A model generated the notes under the pieces. The model was given only the letters and a program-made list of their open reading frames with translations. It was not told the origin of the DNA and searched no databases. This document shows, piece after piece, positions 24,801 through 35,859 of a stretch of 64,000 bases of DNA; the first letter of the stretch is position 1, and each line of letters opens with the position of its first letter. The translations under genes and the position numbers were made by a program. This DNA is from Hemiscyllium ocellatum (lineage: Eukaryota): NCBI RefSeq assembly GCF_020745735.1, contig NC_083422.1:20956001-21020000 (forward strand). Direction: 5' to 3'.

Positions 24801-25982
24801 GACCTTACCATTAAGTGTATAATCCTGCTAAGATTTGATTTCCCAAAATGTAGCACCTCTCATTTATCTGAATTAAACATGATCTGCCACTTCTCAGCTC
24901 ATCGGATCAAGATCCTGTTGTAACCTGAGGTAACCTTCTTCGCTGTCCACCAAACCTCCAATTTTGGTGTCATCTATAAATGTACTGACTATACCTCTTA
25001 TGTTTATATCCAAACCATTTAAATAAATGACAAAATGTAGTGATCACAGGCCTCCAGTCTGAAAAACAACCACTACAACTACCCTCAGTCTTCTACCTTT
25101 GAGCCAGTTTTGTATCCAAATGGTGAGTTCTCCCAGGATTCCATGAGATCTAACCTTGCTAACCAGTCTCCCATGGGGAATTTTGTCGAATGTCTTACTG
25201 AAGTCCATATAGATCACATCTACTGCTCTGCCCTCATCAATCCTCTTTGTTACTTCTTCAAAACTCAGTCCTTTAGAACCTGATGAGCTTGATCAATAAT
25301 GCTGCTGCCGAGTCACTCTTGGTGGTGGACATTGAAATCCCCCACCCAGAGTACATTTTGTGCCCTTACCATCCTCAGTGTTTCCTTTGAGCGTTGTTCA
25401 TCCTGGAGGAGTACTGATTCATCAGCAGTGGAAGGACGGTACATAGTAATCAGCAGGACGTTTCCTTGCCCACATTTAACCTGACATTATGAGACTTCAT
25501 GGGATCTGGAGTCAATGTTGAGGACTCCAGTACAACTCCCTCCTGACTGCATACCGCTGTGCCATCACCTTTACTGGGTCTGTTCTGCTGTCCTGATGGG
25601 ACAGGACATCTCTAGGGATGGTTATGGTGATGGTGGTGTCTAGGACATTGTCCGTAAGGTATGATTCCATGAGTATGACCTGTCAGGCTGTTGCTTGCGA
25701 CAGCTCTTCCATTTTTGACACAAATTCCCAGATGTTATTGAGGAGGACTTCGCAGGGTTGGCAGAGCTGTTTCTTTTCGGATGTCTAGGTCAATGCCAAA
25801 TGATCTGTCCAATTTCATTTCTTTGATATGCTGCAGTGATTGCAAATGAGTGGCTTGCTAGGGTAATTGAGAGTCAACCACATTACTGTGGATCTGGAAT
25901 CACACGTAGGCCGGACCATGTGAGAACGGCAGATTTCCTTCCCCAAAGGACATTAGTGAACCAGATGGGTTTCATGCTACCA
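21826..25982 (-). mobile_element. CR1/L2-clade LINE with APE endonuclease and RT, inserted in the hAT relic
   Basis: RT motifs GVPQGSVLSPIIFSCFINDLPSII-RFADDCTMF (22498-22812) and DKSNPVSYSPINLL...QFGFHQDNSAPDL (22884-23276). APE motif GDFNVHHQE near 25320-25345. The tail faces 21830. Confidence 0.85.
24065..25262 (-). mobile_element. CR1 3' 1.2 kb nested within the previous LINE
   Basis: ORF 24155-24622: EYYVQFWSPSYGKAGIKFERVQKRSTRMLPGLEDLS...; (ATGACTCT)n tail at about 24070-24087. Confidence 0.92.
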
Positions 25983-26640
25983 GGTTGCAACTACTCCATT
26001 TCTCTTTCCTAGCAGAAAAGAGACTTTGTATGAGGTAAATAGGACCATCTTCTGTAAATCAAAGTCATTGCTAACATAAAGTTGCATAATTGCTGTCACA
26101 AAGGAGGCACTGTTGCAAGCAGTCAGTTCCTGCAAAGGTAGTCTTTTAAGCTAGTTTAGATTTTGGTCAAAATTTGATGTACAAAATCAACACTTGCTTT
26201 ACGGAAATGTCCATATCAAATCATGAAAAGGAGATTTGCAAAATTCGTCAGGAGTTCAGTGTAGTGAAGATGATATACTTGGAAAATTCTAAGGCATAAT
26301 TCTTGCTGTGCCAGCTCTCAGTAATTCCTGTGCACTTCATCGCATGATCATCAATGTTTTGCAGGAAAGTGTGGATTGTTCATCTTTCTCACAAGTATGA
26401 CATTATCAGTGAGAACTTTCACCAAATCATGATCATCCATTTCAGGATGAATGAACATCTCTCCAATTCATTTATTCTGTTTCTGCATTGAAGACTGCAT
26501 TTCAGTTTTGAAGAATTCTGAAAGCCATTCCCTTTCAATATGTGCACAGGATTTCTTTTTTGAAGATTGATTTGCTTTTCTTTTGGACGTGTTTTAAACT
26601 TACGAAGAAAACAAGCTTTAAATTCGTAAAAATAAATAAA
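25983..26640 (-). mobile_element. hAT transposase relic, N-terminal catalytic half
   Basis: Minus strand gives DMDISVKQVLILYIKF (decayed DESTDIS..MLILYIKF) and ELTACNSASFVTAIMQLYVSNDFDLQKMVLFTSYKVSFLLGKRNGVVAT (decayed TSDGASVMLGK.NGVAA). It joins the 20740-21825 piece once the LINE is removed. Confidence 0.75.
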
Positions 26641-28311
26641 AGCTGCCATTTGAGTCAATGGTTATTTCCTTCTGGAGTGGATGCCTGCTTCCTTGGAGCT
26701 AGCTCCTGATCCTCCAGGTCACTGCTGAGATGATTACAAGCTCCCCAGCAATCTCCGACCCTGTCCCTGCAGGATTCAACTTGGTTCCCTGACTGGGGGT
26801 GATGTGACCTGGCATTTTCCCCTTCCCAGAGCTGCTTCACTGACCACAAGTTTATGAAATTTGTCTGGAGCAGGAAGCAATTGTGTGGTTGAGGACTGAA
26901 TTGTGAAATCCTGAGCTTCCTTCTGGAGATGGTGCTCCAAATCAAGAGTCTCAAGGTTGCACAGGTCTTTTGGCCATTCTGAGCTTCCTCCTGATCCTTG
27001 TTTTGAGCTGTGGTATTAAATAGTAGCTACAGATAGAGTGACTTTGGAATGTTTGCTTTCCTCCGCATTGACATCCTACACCCCACTTCAACCATTTTCT
27101 ACTCATTGTATATTTTCAGATACTCAAGTCCTGGTCTTTGGACATAACTCTTTGCCGTTTGTTAAATTGGGTGTGTTGTTTAATAAAGATGTTTGTGCAA
27201 TTTTTGTTGAAGACTTCTTGTTGACCGATGGCCAAGGGAACATTGTGTTAGAGAGTGTGAAATGAATATGTCGGTTTTGACTGGTGAGCCCATGATTGAA
27301 TGCAGATGCTATTGAAGTGAAAGCAGAGTCTCAACTTTTTATATACAATCCAACATTTTCTCCAGACAGTGGATGCTCCTCACTGCCACTTCTTCCTCCC
27401 TACCCTCCTAGCCTTATCCTTTTGTGGTCATTTGCAGCAACTGTGCCCATCCCTAGGTCAGATTATCCCCTCTCCTCCTCAGCTGTGTTGGAGACTGACC
27501 AAAGGAATCTCCAGGTTTATCTAAATAAAAGTGATTCAAAAATACCTCGCCATAAACTCAAGGAGTGGCCCTTTCATTAGCCCAAATTCCGATCCTATCT
27601 TGCAGATACCAGGTCGGTGAATGTTGCACAGATTCATAACTTGGATCTGAAATGTCTAAGGTTAGAACCATGTGACTCAGTAAAACTGTTTGAAATCAAA
27701 TGCTGCTGATTTGAGTGCAAATCTGAGTCTGTAACAATCAGAACTTACACTCTGGAGATATCCGTATGTGTCCCTTCTCATTTAGAAAATCTCTTCAGGT
27801 CACACTGAGAGCAGATAACAACACACACAGCACAAAAAGACATGTCTATTCTGCACAACACCACTTTCTCCAAAGCATTGCAACAAGTGGTGCTAGACAA
27901 GGAAATTTCCAGCTTCACTGTTTTGTGTGAAGATATAAATAAAACAATTCTTTCAAAATTTTCCTGTAATGTTTTGGATGGATTACTGATTATAATTGAT
28001 GCAGTATTAGAAAAATGCTTCTTAGAGCGATAACTTTGATTATTAATTATGTGTTCACTAATTCTAAGTCATTGCAGCAGTATTAAACAACCAGAACAAT
28101 ATCTATATTGACATAAACATCTCAAAGCTTTTCACAAAAAACCTGATCAAGGAGATGGGTTTTAGGCAGCTTCTTAGAAGAGACATACAGAGCCTGAGAA
28201 GTTCAGGCAAGAAATTCTTCAACTTATAGATCTCAGACTCCTGAATTTAATGGGAGGTTTATTTGTATGTGTGTGTTTTTATGTGTGCCTATGTGTTAAT
28301 GTTTATATTGA

Positions 28312-28335
28312 TGTGTGTGTGTGTGTGTGTGTGTG
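28312..28335. repeat. (TG)n microsatellite about 0.63 kb upstream of the DNTT ATG
   Basis: Uninterrupted TG run of about 12 units at the end of a longer TG-rich tract. Confidence 0.95.
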
Positions 28336-28739
28336 GTCACTTATGTATAGTGGTTAGGTGGAGTTATCATGAAACTTACAATAAAGTAACCCAAAGCTCA
28401 CACTTAAAGAATGGCTACATGACTGAAATGGATTGTCTACCCCCATGAGAATTCAATGTTATTGAGATAATGGGAAAGGAACATTGATATGGAAAGCATT
28501 TCTGTAGTAATCCTGTCTCAATTCAAATGCATTTGTTTTGGATTAAAACAAACTTTTTGCTTGATCTAACTTTTCTGCATACACATGGATATTCAACATA
28601 TATCCTATAAATCACCTTTCCAACACAGAAAAGAAGAAAAGTTGAAATTTTTGTTGACATCCCAAGATCTGCAAGGTTATGAAACAATTATGTAAATTAG
28701 TTTTCAAAAGTTGTAGAAGAAGACGTTTTTTTCTGAAGT

Positions 28740-28960
28740 GATGCTGCAGGAAACCCCAAAGGGTTGAAATCAATAAACTTTCTTCTGATGCTTGTGCAAA
28801 AACTCAGTGACCCAATTCTTTAATTGGTTTGCAGAGTTTGTTTAGAAAATCAAGGGAGGTGACATCACTGAAAGACGTTTAACTAAGTGCAGAGAAGTTG
28901 CAGGTGACAGAGACAGTTGAGAGCAGATAGTGTAACTTATATTAAAGCAATCCCAAAAAA
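28740..28960 (+). promoter_or_regulatory. Putative DNTT proximal promoter/5'UTR
   Basis: Unique sequence upstream of the ATG with a CRE-like TGACATCA (28860-28867), an E-box CAGGTG (28901-28906), a Myb/E-box CAGTTG (28914-28919) and a GATA-like AGATAG. No obvious TATA box, in keeping with the TATA-less mammalian TdT promoter. Confidence 0.4.
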
Positions 28961-29172
28961 ATGAGCTCAACAGGAAACCTGGGAGGAATCGGAATCATAC
29001 CAAAGAGGAAAAGGCAAAAAGTGACAGAAGTCTGCAGTTCACAAAGTAAGCACGAAGTCAGATTTCAAGATCTGACCATATTCGTTGTAGAAAGAAAAAT
29101 GGGATCGAGCAGAAGAATGTTTCTGATGGATTTAGCACGCAAGAAAGGATTCAGAGTCGACGATGTCATGAG
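28961..29172 (+). CDS. DNTT: DNTT (TdT) coding exon 1: NLS and first half of the BRCT domain
   Basis: MSSTGNLGGIGIIPKRKRQKVTEVCSSQSKHEVRFQDLTIFVVERKMGSSRRMFLMDLARKKGFRVDDVM: basic NLS followed by the TdT/Pol-mu BRCT motif (ERKMGSSRRxFLxxLARxKGF). The exon ends AG|GTACAC at 29172/29173, phase 2. Confidence 0.96.
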
Positions 29173-30964
29173 GTACACATTGTGGTTGATGTACTAGCTT
29201 GTGTATTATCTTCTTAAAGTACCTACCTAAAATTATGTGATGGGGGCAAGCAGATAGTGTGATGATATTGATCAATTAGAATTTTAAACATGTTATTCAA
29301 AACATCTATGAAAATGCACAGCTGAAAGAGATTTGTCGCAAGCTGAACATGACTACACTTGTACATTTTGTTACTTGCGATTTTTAAGTATGATCCATGA
29401 CACATTCTCTAAATGTAAAGAACCTATTGAATATAATGATATTAACCATGCCTTGTCTCACTTTTTTTTAATGAAACAAAACAATTGATATGCATTCTGC
29501 AAGTGTACGGTGATATCAGGATTTTTCTCAGACCAAAAAGATATGTTTTTCTCCAAAAGTGTAAGTGGTTTGAAACTTTTTCTGATATATGAAGATAAAC
29601 TCAAACCACAATGAGAACCATTCTGATCTCTTACTCATACCTTGTGAATCCATTACTTGTAGTCAAGGGAGTCATTTGCTTCCAAGTACTTACTCTCCTT
29701 TCAAAGGAAATTTATCTGACAAATTGACTTTTTAAGGATTTACTCCTGAAGAATGTTTACACAATACATGAATGAAAAAAGATAGTTTGATTTGAATTGG
29801 TTTTGCAGATAATAATAAAATATTTCATTATCTCAAACATCATTGGTATGACCAGTAGATTGCTTAGCATGATGAAAACTATGCAGGCATGCTTTTGTTT
29901 TCCATGCATGAGAGAAACGCTTGCAGTTATTTGGTGTCTTTTTTGTGTTTTCTTCTACACAGTTTAGAATGTTGCCACAATGCTATATTTTGTGCCAAGT
30001 ACAACCACAGACATGAGTGCAATGTAGAAATGATGGATCAAGCCAGATGTCAAAATCCCCAGTGGTATAGCTGGGGTGTATGTGACAGGAAGATAGGGGC
30101 TTAATAATTGTAAATTATTTTTCTCCAAATAAAACCACAGGAAGACGCACTATGAAATTTCAAACTGTAATTTTACACATGAAGTATTACTTCAAACTGA
30201 AAGAATTATTTATCTCACTGAATTTTACCACCTGGCATCAAGGTAATCAAACAAATATGATTTTTTTAAAATTAAAATTACAGCAAAAAAATTACTTGTA
30301 CAATTTTAGAATATTAAAATGTGTGAGAAAAAGCAGACTAAATATTACGACATTATGACTTTCCATTTTACCTTTCTTTCAAATTATAGTTTGTTTATTT
30401 GCAGTTCTCATAAAACTGGGAAATGTTAGTGATGGTGAAATGTAATATATATGTCCTTGAAGAAAGGCAGCAATGGTTTATTAGAATGTTTCCTGGCATG
30501 TGGAATGTTTTTTGAGAAGGTATTATAAAAGCTAGACCTATATTCATAAAGTTTAGAAGAGGTGATTTTGTTAAAGAGGATTGATTATTAAATGTAAGGT
30601 TCTTTGATGATTGAGTGGGTAGTGACACGGGACTTAGGAGCAAGTGTAGGCCACTTGGCCCTTCAAGGCAGCTCCACCAATCCATAAGATCACGGCTGAT
30701 CTCGTTGTGGTCTCAACTTCGCTCTGCTGTCTGTCCCCTATAACCCTTATCAATCAAAAATATGTCCAACTCAACCTTGAATATATTCAATAATCCAAAC
30801 TTCATTGCTTTCTGAGGTAGCTAATGACACTCTGAAAGAAAAATAAATCTTCCCATCTTTAAAAGTGAGACCTGTTACTGTTAAACGAGGCCCCTAGATT
30901 GAGCCACTCCTACAAGGTGGAACATTCCCTCAGAATCTATATCCTGGGTAATTTTTGCCCTTGT

Positions 30965-32050
30965 TGGTATTCTGGGCACTGTCCCAAAAATGGGCTATGT
31001 CTGCATCCAATCCTGGCCACCACTCATAACATCAATGCCAACATCTTCATTTTGGAAACCCCTTGGATCACCCTGGTGGAGTTCAGCCAGTATCTGGGTG
31101 GCGAGCTTTGCTCAGGATAATCACTCTTGTTCTCCATAATAATATGCTGTCCTCTACTATGATCTGGTTTTGCTGGGTCCAGAAAGATTTCTATTCTAGC
31201 TGTGATGGCTGTTTTGTTTCCGCTATCACTACCATCTGTTTTGGTTTTGCCAGGATGGGACATTTTTGTACCCACAGTTTGATATTGTCAGCAATGACTG
31301 AAACGGTGTCCAGAATGTTTAAAACCAGAAAGGATTCTTCTAATGGAGAGACCACCTGTGGTGTATTTGCCTGTGGTGGCTCAATCCATCTGCATTTACC
31401 ACTTGGCCTCCCAGATGGTGTTCCACTTGTAATTACACACTCAGAATAAGAGCCCACCACTGAATTCAACCTGAAGCTCTGGGTGGCATGGCCCTGTCCT
31501 CTTTAAGTAGCCTTAGCAGGGGTTTGTGGTCTGTTGCAATTACAAATTTACATCCAGAAAGGTATTGGTGGAACTTTCTCACACCAAAGATGACATTCCT
31601 CTCCTCTGGGCCACTGGTGAGCCTTCACTACCCAGATATGGAAAGTGAGGCATTGCATGTCAGCAGCACACCTCAGCTGGAATCGTAGTCTGCCAACACC
31701 TTTGACGATAGCTGCTGCGTCACTTCAGTAAAGGCTACATCTTGGCTCCATGACCATTTCCAATGCTGACCCTTTTTCAATAGCAGCTGTAAGGATGGCA
31801 GGTTGTAGGCCAGGTTTTTATGAAGCTTGCGTAATAATTCACCAGCCCGAGGAAAGACCTACACATCAGTACAGACATGGAAGCAGGAGCACCTTTGATC
31901 ACCCTCACTTTATCTTCCTATGGGTGTAACCCAGTCTAATTGGCTCTGTAGCCCAAGTAGGTCACTTGGGTTTCCTGGAGCACACATTTCTGTCCTAAGA
32001 TGTACACCTGCCTGGGAGAAATGTGGGAGGTGTTTTCATGCATAATAGTG
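30965..32050 (-). mobile_element. Gypsy LTR retrotransposon pol relic (RT end, RNase H, integrase zinc finger)
   Basis: Minus strand gives QVTYLGY, GVRKFHQYLSGCKFVIATDHKPLL, VEDSILLWRTRVII, GVSKMKMLA and WWPGLDADIA, with stops and frameshifts. Confidence 0.88.
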
Positions 32051-32290
32051 GTATCTATGTCCACAATCTGACACGTCTTCCAGCGTCCACCATGACAGGG
32101 TTGTATGGAGTTGTCCTGAGAGCCGGGCAGTTTGCTACAAACAATGATCTGTTTGAGGTTTGGCGGTTGTTTAAAGGCAAGTAGTGGAGGTGTGGGGAAG
32201 GTCTTAGTGAGGTGCTCATCCTCATTGATAATGTGTTGCAGGTCACGAAGAAAGCTATAAATTCTGTGTTATGATTGAGCCCTCCACTAT

Positions 32291-32325
32291 CACCTGAAGA
32301 AGGAGCGTCGCTCCGAAAGCTAGTG
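32291..32325 (+). ncRNA. Minimal type I hammerhead ribozyme motif with an intact core
   Basis: CAC-CTGAAGA-A-GGAGC-GTC-GCTCC-GAAA-GCTA-GTG: stem I CAC/GTG, perfect 5-bp stem II, palindromic AGCT stem III, predicted CUA cleavage after 32322. Lies in a short element (about 32280-32415) similar to 18759-18889. Confidence 0.75.
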
Positions 32326-32417
32326 TGCTTCCAATTAAACCTGTTGGACTATAACCTGTTATTGTGTGATTTTTAACTTTGTACACCCCAGTCCAACACC
32401 GGCATCTCCAAATCTTG

Positions 32418-32735
32418 ATTAGATTAGATTACTTACAGTGTGGAAATAGGCGCTTCGGCCCAACAAGTCCACACCGACCTGCCGAAGCGCAATCTACCTG
32501 GACCCATTCCCCTACATTTACCCCTTCACCTAACACTACGGGCAATTTAGCATGGCCAATTCATCTAACCTGCACACATTTTTTTGGACTATGGGAGGAA
32601 ACCGGAATACCGGGAAGAAACCCATGCAGACACGGGGAGAATGTGCAAACTCGACACAGTCAGTCGCCTGAGGCGGGAATTGAACCCGGGTCTCTGGCAG
32701 TGTGAGGCAGCAGTGCTAACCACTGTGCCACCCAC
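32418..32735 (-). mobile_element. V-SINE (HE1-like), first of a tandem pair
   Basis: (AGATT)n tail, V-domain and tRNA-like head. Confidence 0.92.
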
Positions 32736-32748
32736 TAAATTTAATAGG

Positions 32749-33066
32749 TTAGATTAGATTAAATTACTTACAGTGTGGAAAAAGGCCCTTCGGTCCAACA
32801 AGTCCACACCGGCCCTCCGAAGAGCAACCCACCCAGATCCATTCCCCTACATTTACCCCTTCACCTAACACTACAGGCAATTTAGCATGGCCAATTCACC
32901 TGACCTGCACGTGTTTTTTTTAACTGTGGGAGGAAACCGGAGCTCCTGGAGGAAACCCATGCAGACACGGGGAGAATGTGCAAACTCCACACAGACAGTT
33001 GCCTGAGGCGGGAATTGAACCCGGGTCTCTGGCGCTGTGAGGCAGCAGTGCTAACCATGCCGCCCA
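32749..33066 (-). mobile_element. V-SINE (HE1-like), second of a tandem pair
   Basis: Same organisation, immediately adjacent and in the same orientation. Confidence 0.92.
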
Positions 33067-33069
33067 TAG

Positions 33070-33740
33070 GTACAATTTAATTAGGACTTCACTCAAGCAG
33101 CCATTTTCTAATTGAAAATTTTCAAATTAAGCAAGGTGAATCTTTCTCAAGCAATTTTGCCCCATCAGGCTTGGGCCTGAGCCTTTTACCATAATCAATA
33201 GCAACTGAACCAGCTGCTTCTCATAAGACTCTGTAACAAAGTTGTATCCTTAATCTGTAGGGGTTCCCCAGTGTAGGTTCTCAGCCCAGCTGAGCTTTAC
33301 ACAGACTTAATGGTTGGAATTCAGAGCAAATTTTGTTAAAAAACTGGTTCTGCGATCACTGATACAGCTGCTTCAGGTTTGACCTCCATTGGAACTAGAC
33401 CATTTAATCAGACATTTATTTTGATTGCTTCTGATTTGGATGTCACTAAGCAATTTCATTGTTCCAAACAAACTATAGGTGGATTTTCCAGGTTGTGCAC
33501 TCTCCTAGATACTAGCCTATGAGTTCTCTTTACTCAGTTTAGGCCCTAGTGGGACTCTTTTTGCTGTCTCAAGTCCACATAATGGCAGAAACTACAATGA
33601 CCCGCTAGCCTGGATCCTCGAGAAAATCATTTGGCTGAGGTTTGGATTTGTTTTGGGGCTTTGCAATAGGCTGACCTAGAGTCCCACTGTTCAGAATATG
33701 TCTAGAGTGAGTCTATGCAATTGCCTTCGCTCAACAGCCA
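33070..33740 (-). mobile_element. Gypsy gag C-terminus and aspartic protease relic
   Basis: Minus strand gives IKINV*LNG..PMEVKPEAAVSVIAEPVFNK (decayed MEVDTGAAVSVI), LRTYTGEPLQIK and VKGSGPSLMGQNCLRKIHL. Confidence 0.8.
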
Positions 33741-33751
33741 TCCCCCAAGCT

Positions 33752-35087
33752 TTACCAACACCTTCCACCCCGACCTCAAATTCACCTGGACCATCTCAGA
33801 CTCTTCCCTCCCCTTCCTAGACCTTTCCATTTCTATCTTGGGTGACCGAATCAACACGGACATTTACTATAAACCGACTGATTCCCACAGCTACCTAGTC
33901 TACACCTCCTCCCACCCTGCCCCCTGTAAAAACGCCATCCCATATTCCCAATTCCTTCGTCTCCGCCGCATGTGCTCCCAGGAGGACCAGTTCCAATACC
34001 GTACAGCCCAGATGGCCTCCTTCTTCAAGGACCGCAGATTCCCGCCAGATGTGATCGACGATGCTCTCCACCGCATCTCCTCCACTTCCCACTCCTCCGC
34101 CCTTGAGCCCTGCCCCTCCAACCGCCACCAGGACAGAACCCCACTGGTTCTCAACTACCACCCCACCGACCTCCATGTACAGCGTATCATCCGCCGTCAT
34201 TTCTGCCACCTCCAAACGGACCCCACCACCAGGGATATATTTCCCTCCCCTCCCCTATCAGCGTTCCAAAAAGACCACTCCCTCCGTGACTCCTTCGTCA
34301 GGTCCACATCCCCCACCAACCCAACCTCCACTCCCGGCACCTTCCCCTGCAACTGCAAGAAATGCAAACCTTCCCCCACTCACCTCCTCCCTTACTTCTC
34401 TCCAAGGCCCCAAGGTATCCTTCCATATCCACCACAAATTCACCTGCACCTCCACACACATCATCTATTGCATCCGCTGCACCCGATGTGGCCTCCCCTA
34501 TATTGGGGAGACAGGCTGCCTACTTGCAGAACGTTTCAGAGAACACCTCTGGGACAACTGGACCAGCCAACCCAACCATCCCGTGGCTCAACACTTCAAC
34601 TCCCCCTCCCACTCCACCAAGGACATGCAGGTCCTTGGACTCCTCCATCGCCAGACCATAACAACACGACGGTTGGAGGAAGAGTGCCTCATCTTCCGCC
34701 TGGGAACCCTCCAACCACAAGGGATGAACTCAGATTTCTCCAGTTTCCTCATTTCCCCTCCCCCCACCTTGTCTCAGTCAAATCCCTCGAACTCAGCACC
34801 GCCTTCCTAACCTGCAATCTTCTTCCTGACCTCTCCGTCCCCTCCCCACTCTGGCCTATCACCCTCACCTTGACCTCCTTCCACCTATCACATCTCCAAC
34901 GCCCCTCCCCCAAGTCCCTCCTCCCTACCTTTTATCTTAGCCTACTGGACATACTTTCCTCATTCCTGAAGAAGGGCTCATGCCCGAAACATCGAATCTC
35001 CTGTTCCTTGGATGCTGCCTGACCTACTGCACTTTTCCAGCAACACATTTTCAGTTCTGATCTCCAGCATCTGCAGACCTCACTTTC
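33752..35087 (+). mobile_element. Penelope-like element (Neptune-type), 5'-truncated, with TSD
   Basis: RT C-terminus (LPFLDLSI...YYKPTDSHSYL.Y.SSHP...KNAIPYSQFLRLRR), Cys-rich linker PCNCKKC, then a frameshift into GIY-YIG (IIYCIRCTRCGLPYIGETG...RFREH). Flanked by TCCCCCAAGCT at 33741-33751 and 35088-35098. Confidence 0.93.
34962..34997 (+). ncRNA. Hammerhead motif of the Neptune-type pLTR, probably inactive
   Basis: ATTC-CTGAAGA-A-GGGC-TCAT-GCCC-GAAA-CATC-GAAT: core and stems I/II intact, but the ACGT palindrome has decayed to ACAT. Confidence 0.55.
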
Positions 35088-35098
35088 TCCCCCAAGCT

Positions 35099-35821
35099 CA
35101 GTCAGCCTGGCAAGGGTGTTCACATCCATTGGAATCCATCTGCTCCACTTGCCTCATTTTTTAATGACAAAGCCAGTTGTAACACCTGTTTGAAGTCCAG
35201 TTAGGCTTCAGCTAGTAAGTGTTTTTGCATGGTCACATCATTAATTCCACATACCAATGGTTTCTCAGCACCTGACTAATATTCAACCAAAGTCACATGC
35301 CTCTGCCAATCATCAACCAAATCCGTCAACTCTTGAAAAGTCTTAGTATCTGGTGTCTCAGGGAGAGTTACGCTCCTAATAACCGAAGAAACTGCGAATA
35401 TGAAAGCTGTGAGGAGAATTACTCATTGCTTTACGTCTGCCCCAATGTCAGAAAAAAAACACATTCTATCCATAAACTGGGCCCAATCTTCATCGGCAGA
35501 TTGAACAAGTCAAGCTTCCCAGATAGTGACATGATGCTGGAAAAGTGTACCCAACTCAAAGATGACAGGGGCGTCTTTTTCTCTCATTGCCACTGAAAGA
35601 ACTCCACAAAGGTCGGTATCCCATCACTCAGTCACCCTTTATTTACACATGCTTAGTACATGACACTGACCCAGCTAGCTCAGAGCCGGCTCCTTGAGTG
35701 AACATAACTCCTGACACTCCTGTTCGTATCTGTCAGCCAGGGCTCCCTGAACAGACCAGCCCCAATCAGAGAACGGATATTCTATGAGGTCAACCTGGCT
35801 GACCTTGTTCCAGTCACTTCA
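35099..35821 (-). mobile_element. Gypsy 5' LTR, PBS-like site and gag N-terminus
   Basis: Short LTR at about 35590-35821 (minus strand starts TGAAGT, has AATAAA, ends TTTCA), then GTGGCAATGAG (PBS-like). Gag motifs follow: MSLSGKLDLFN..EDWAQFMDRM, ETPDTKTFQELTDLV and INDVTMQKHLLAEA. Confidence 0.8.
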
Positions 35822-35859
35822 CATTGAAACATAGGAACACAGGAATTAGGAGCAGCAGA

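Noticed and set aside
27030-28200. Further N-terminal exons of the hAT transposase or an upstream DNTT exon
   Set aside because: No frame gave a recognisable motif, so it is left unassigned.
33715-35022. Longest ORF (435 aa) as a novel host gene
   Set aside because: The first half is Penelope RT. After a frameshift the remainder is out-of-frame, low-complexity translation of the endonuclease region and pLTR.
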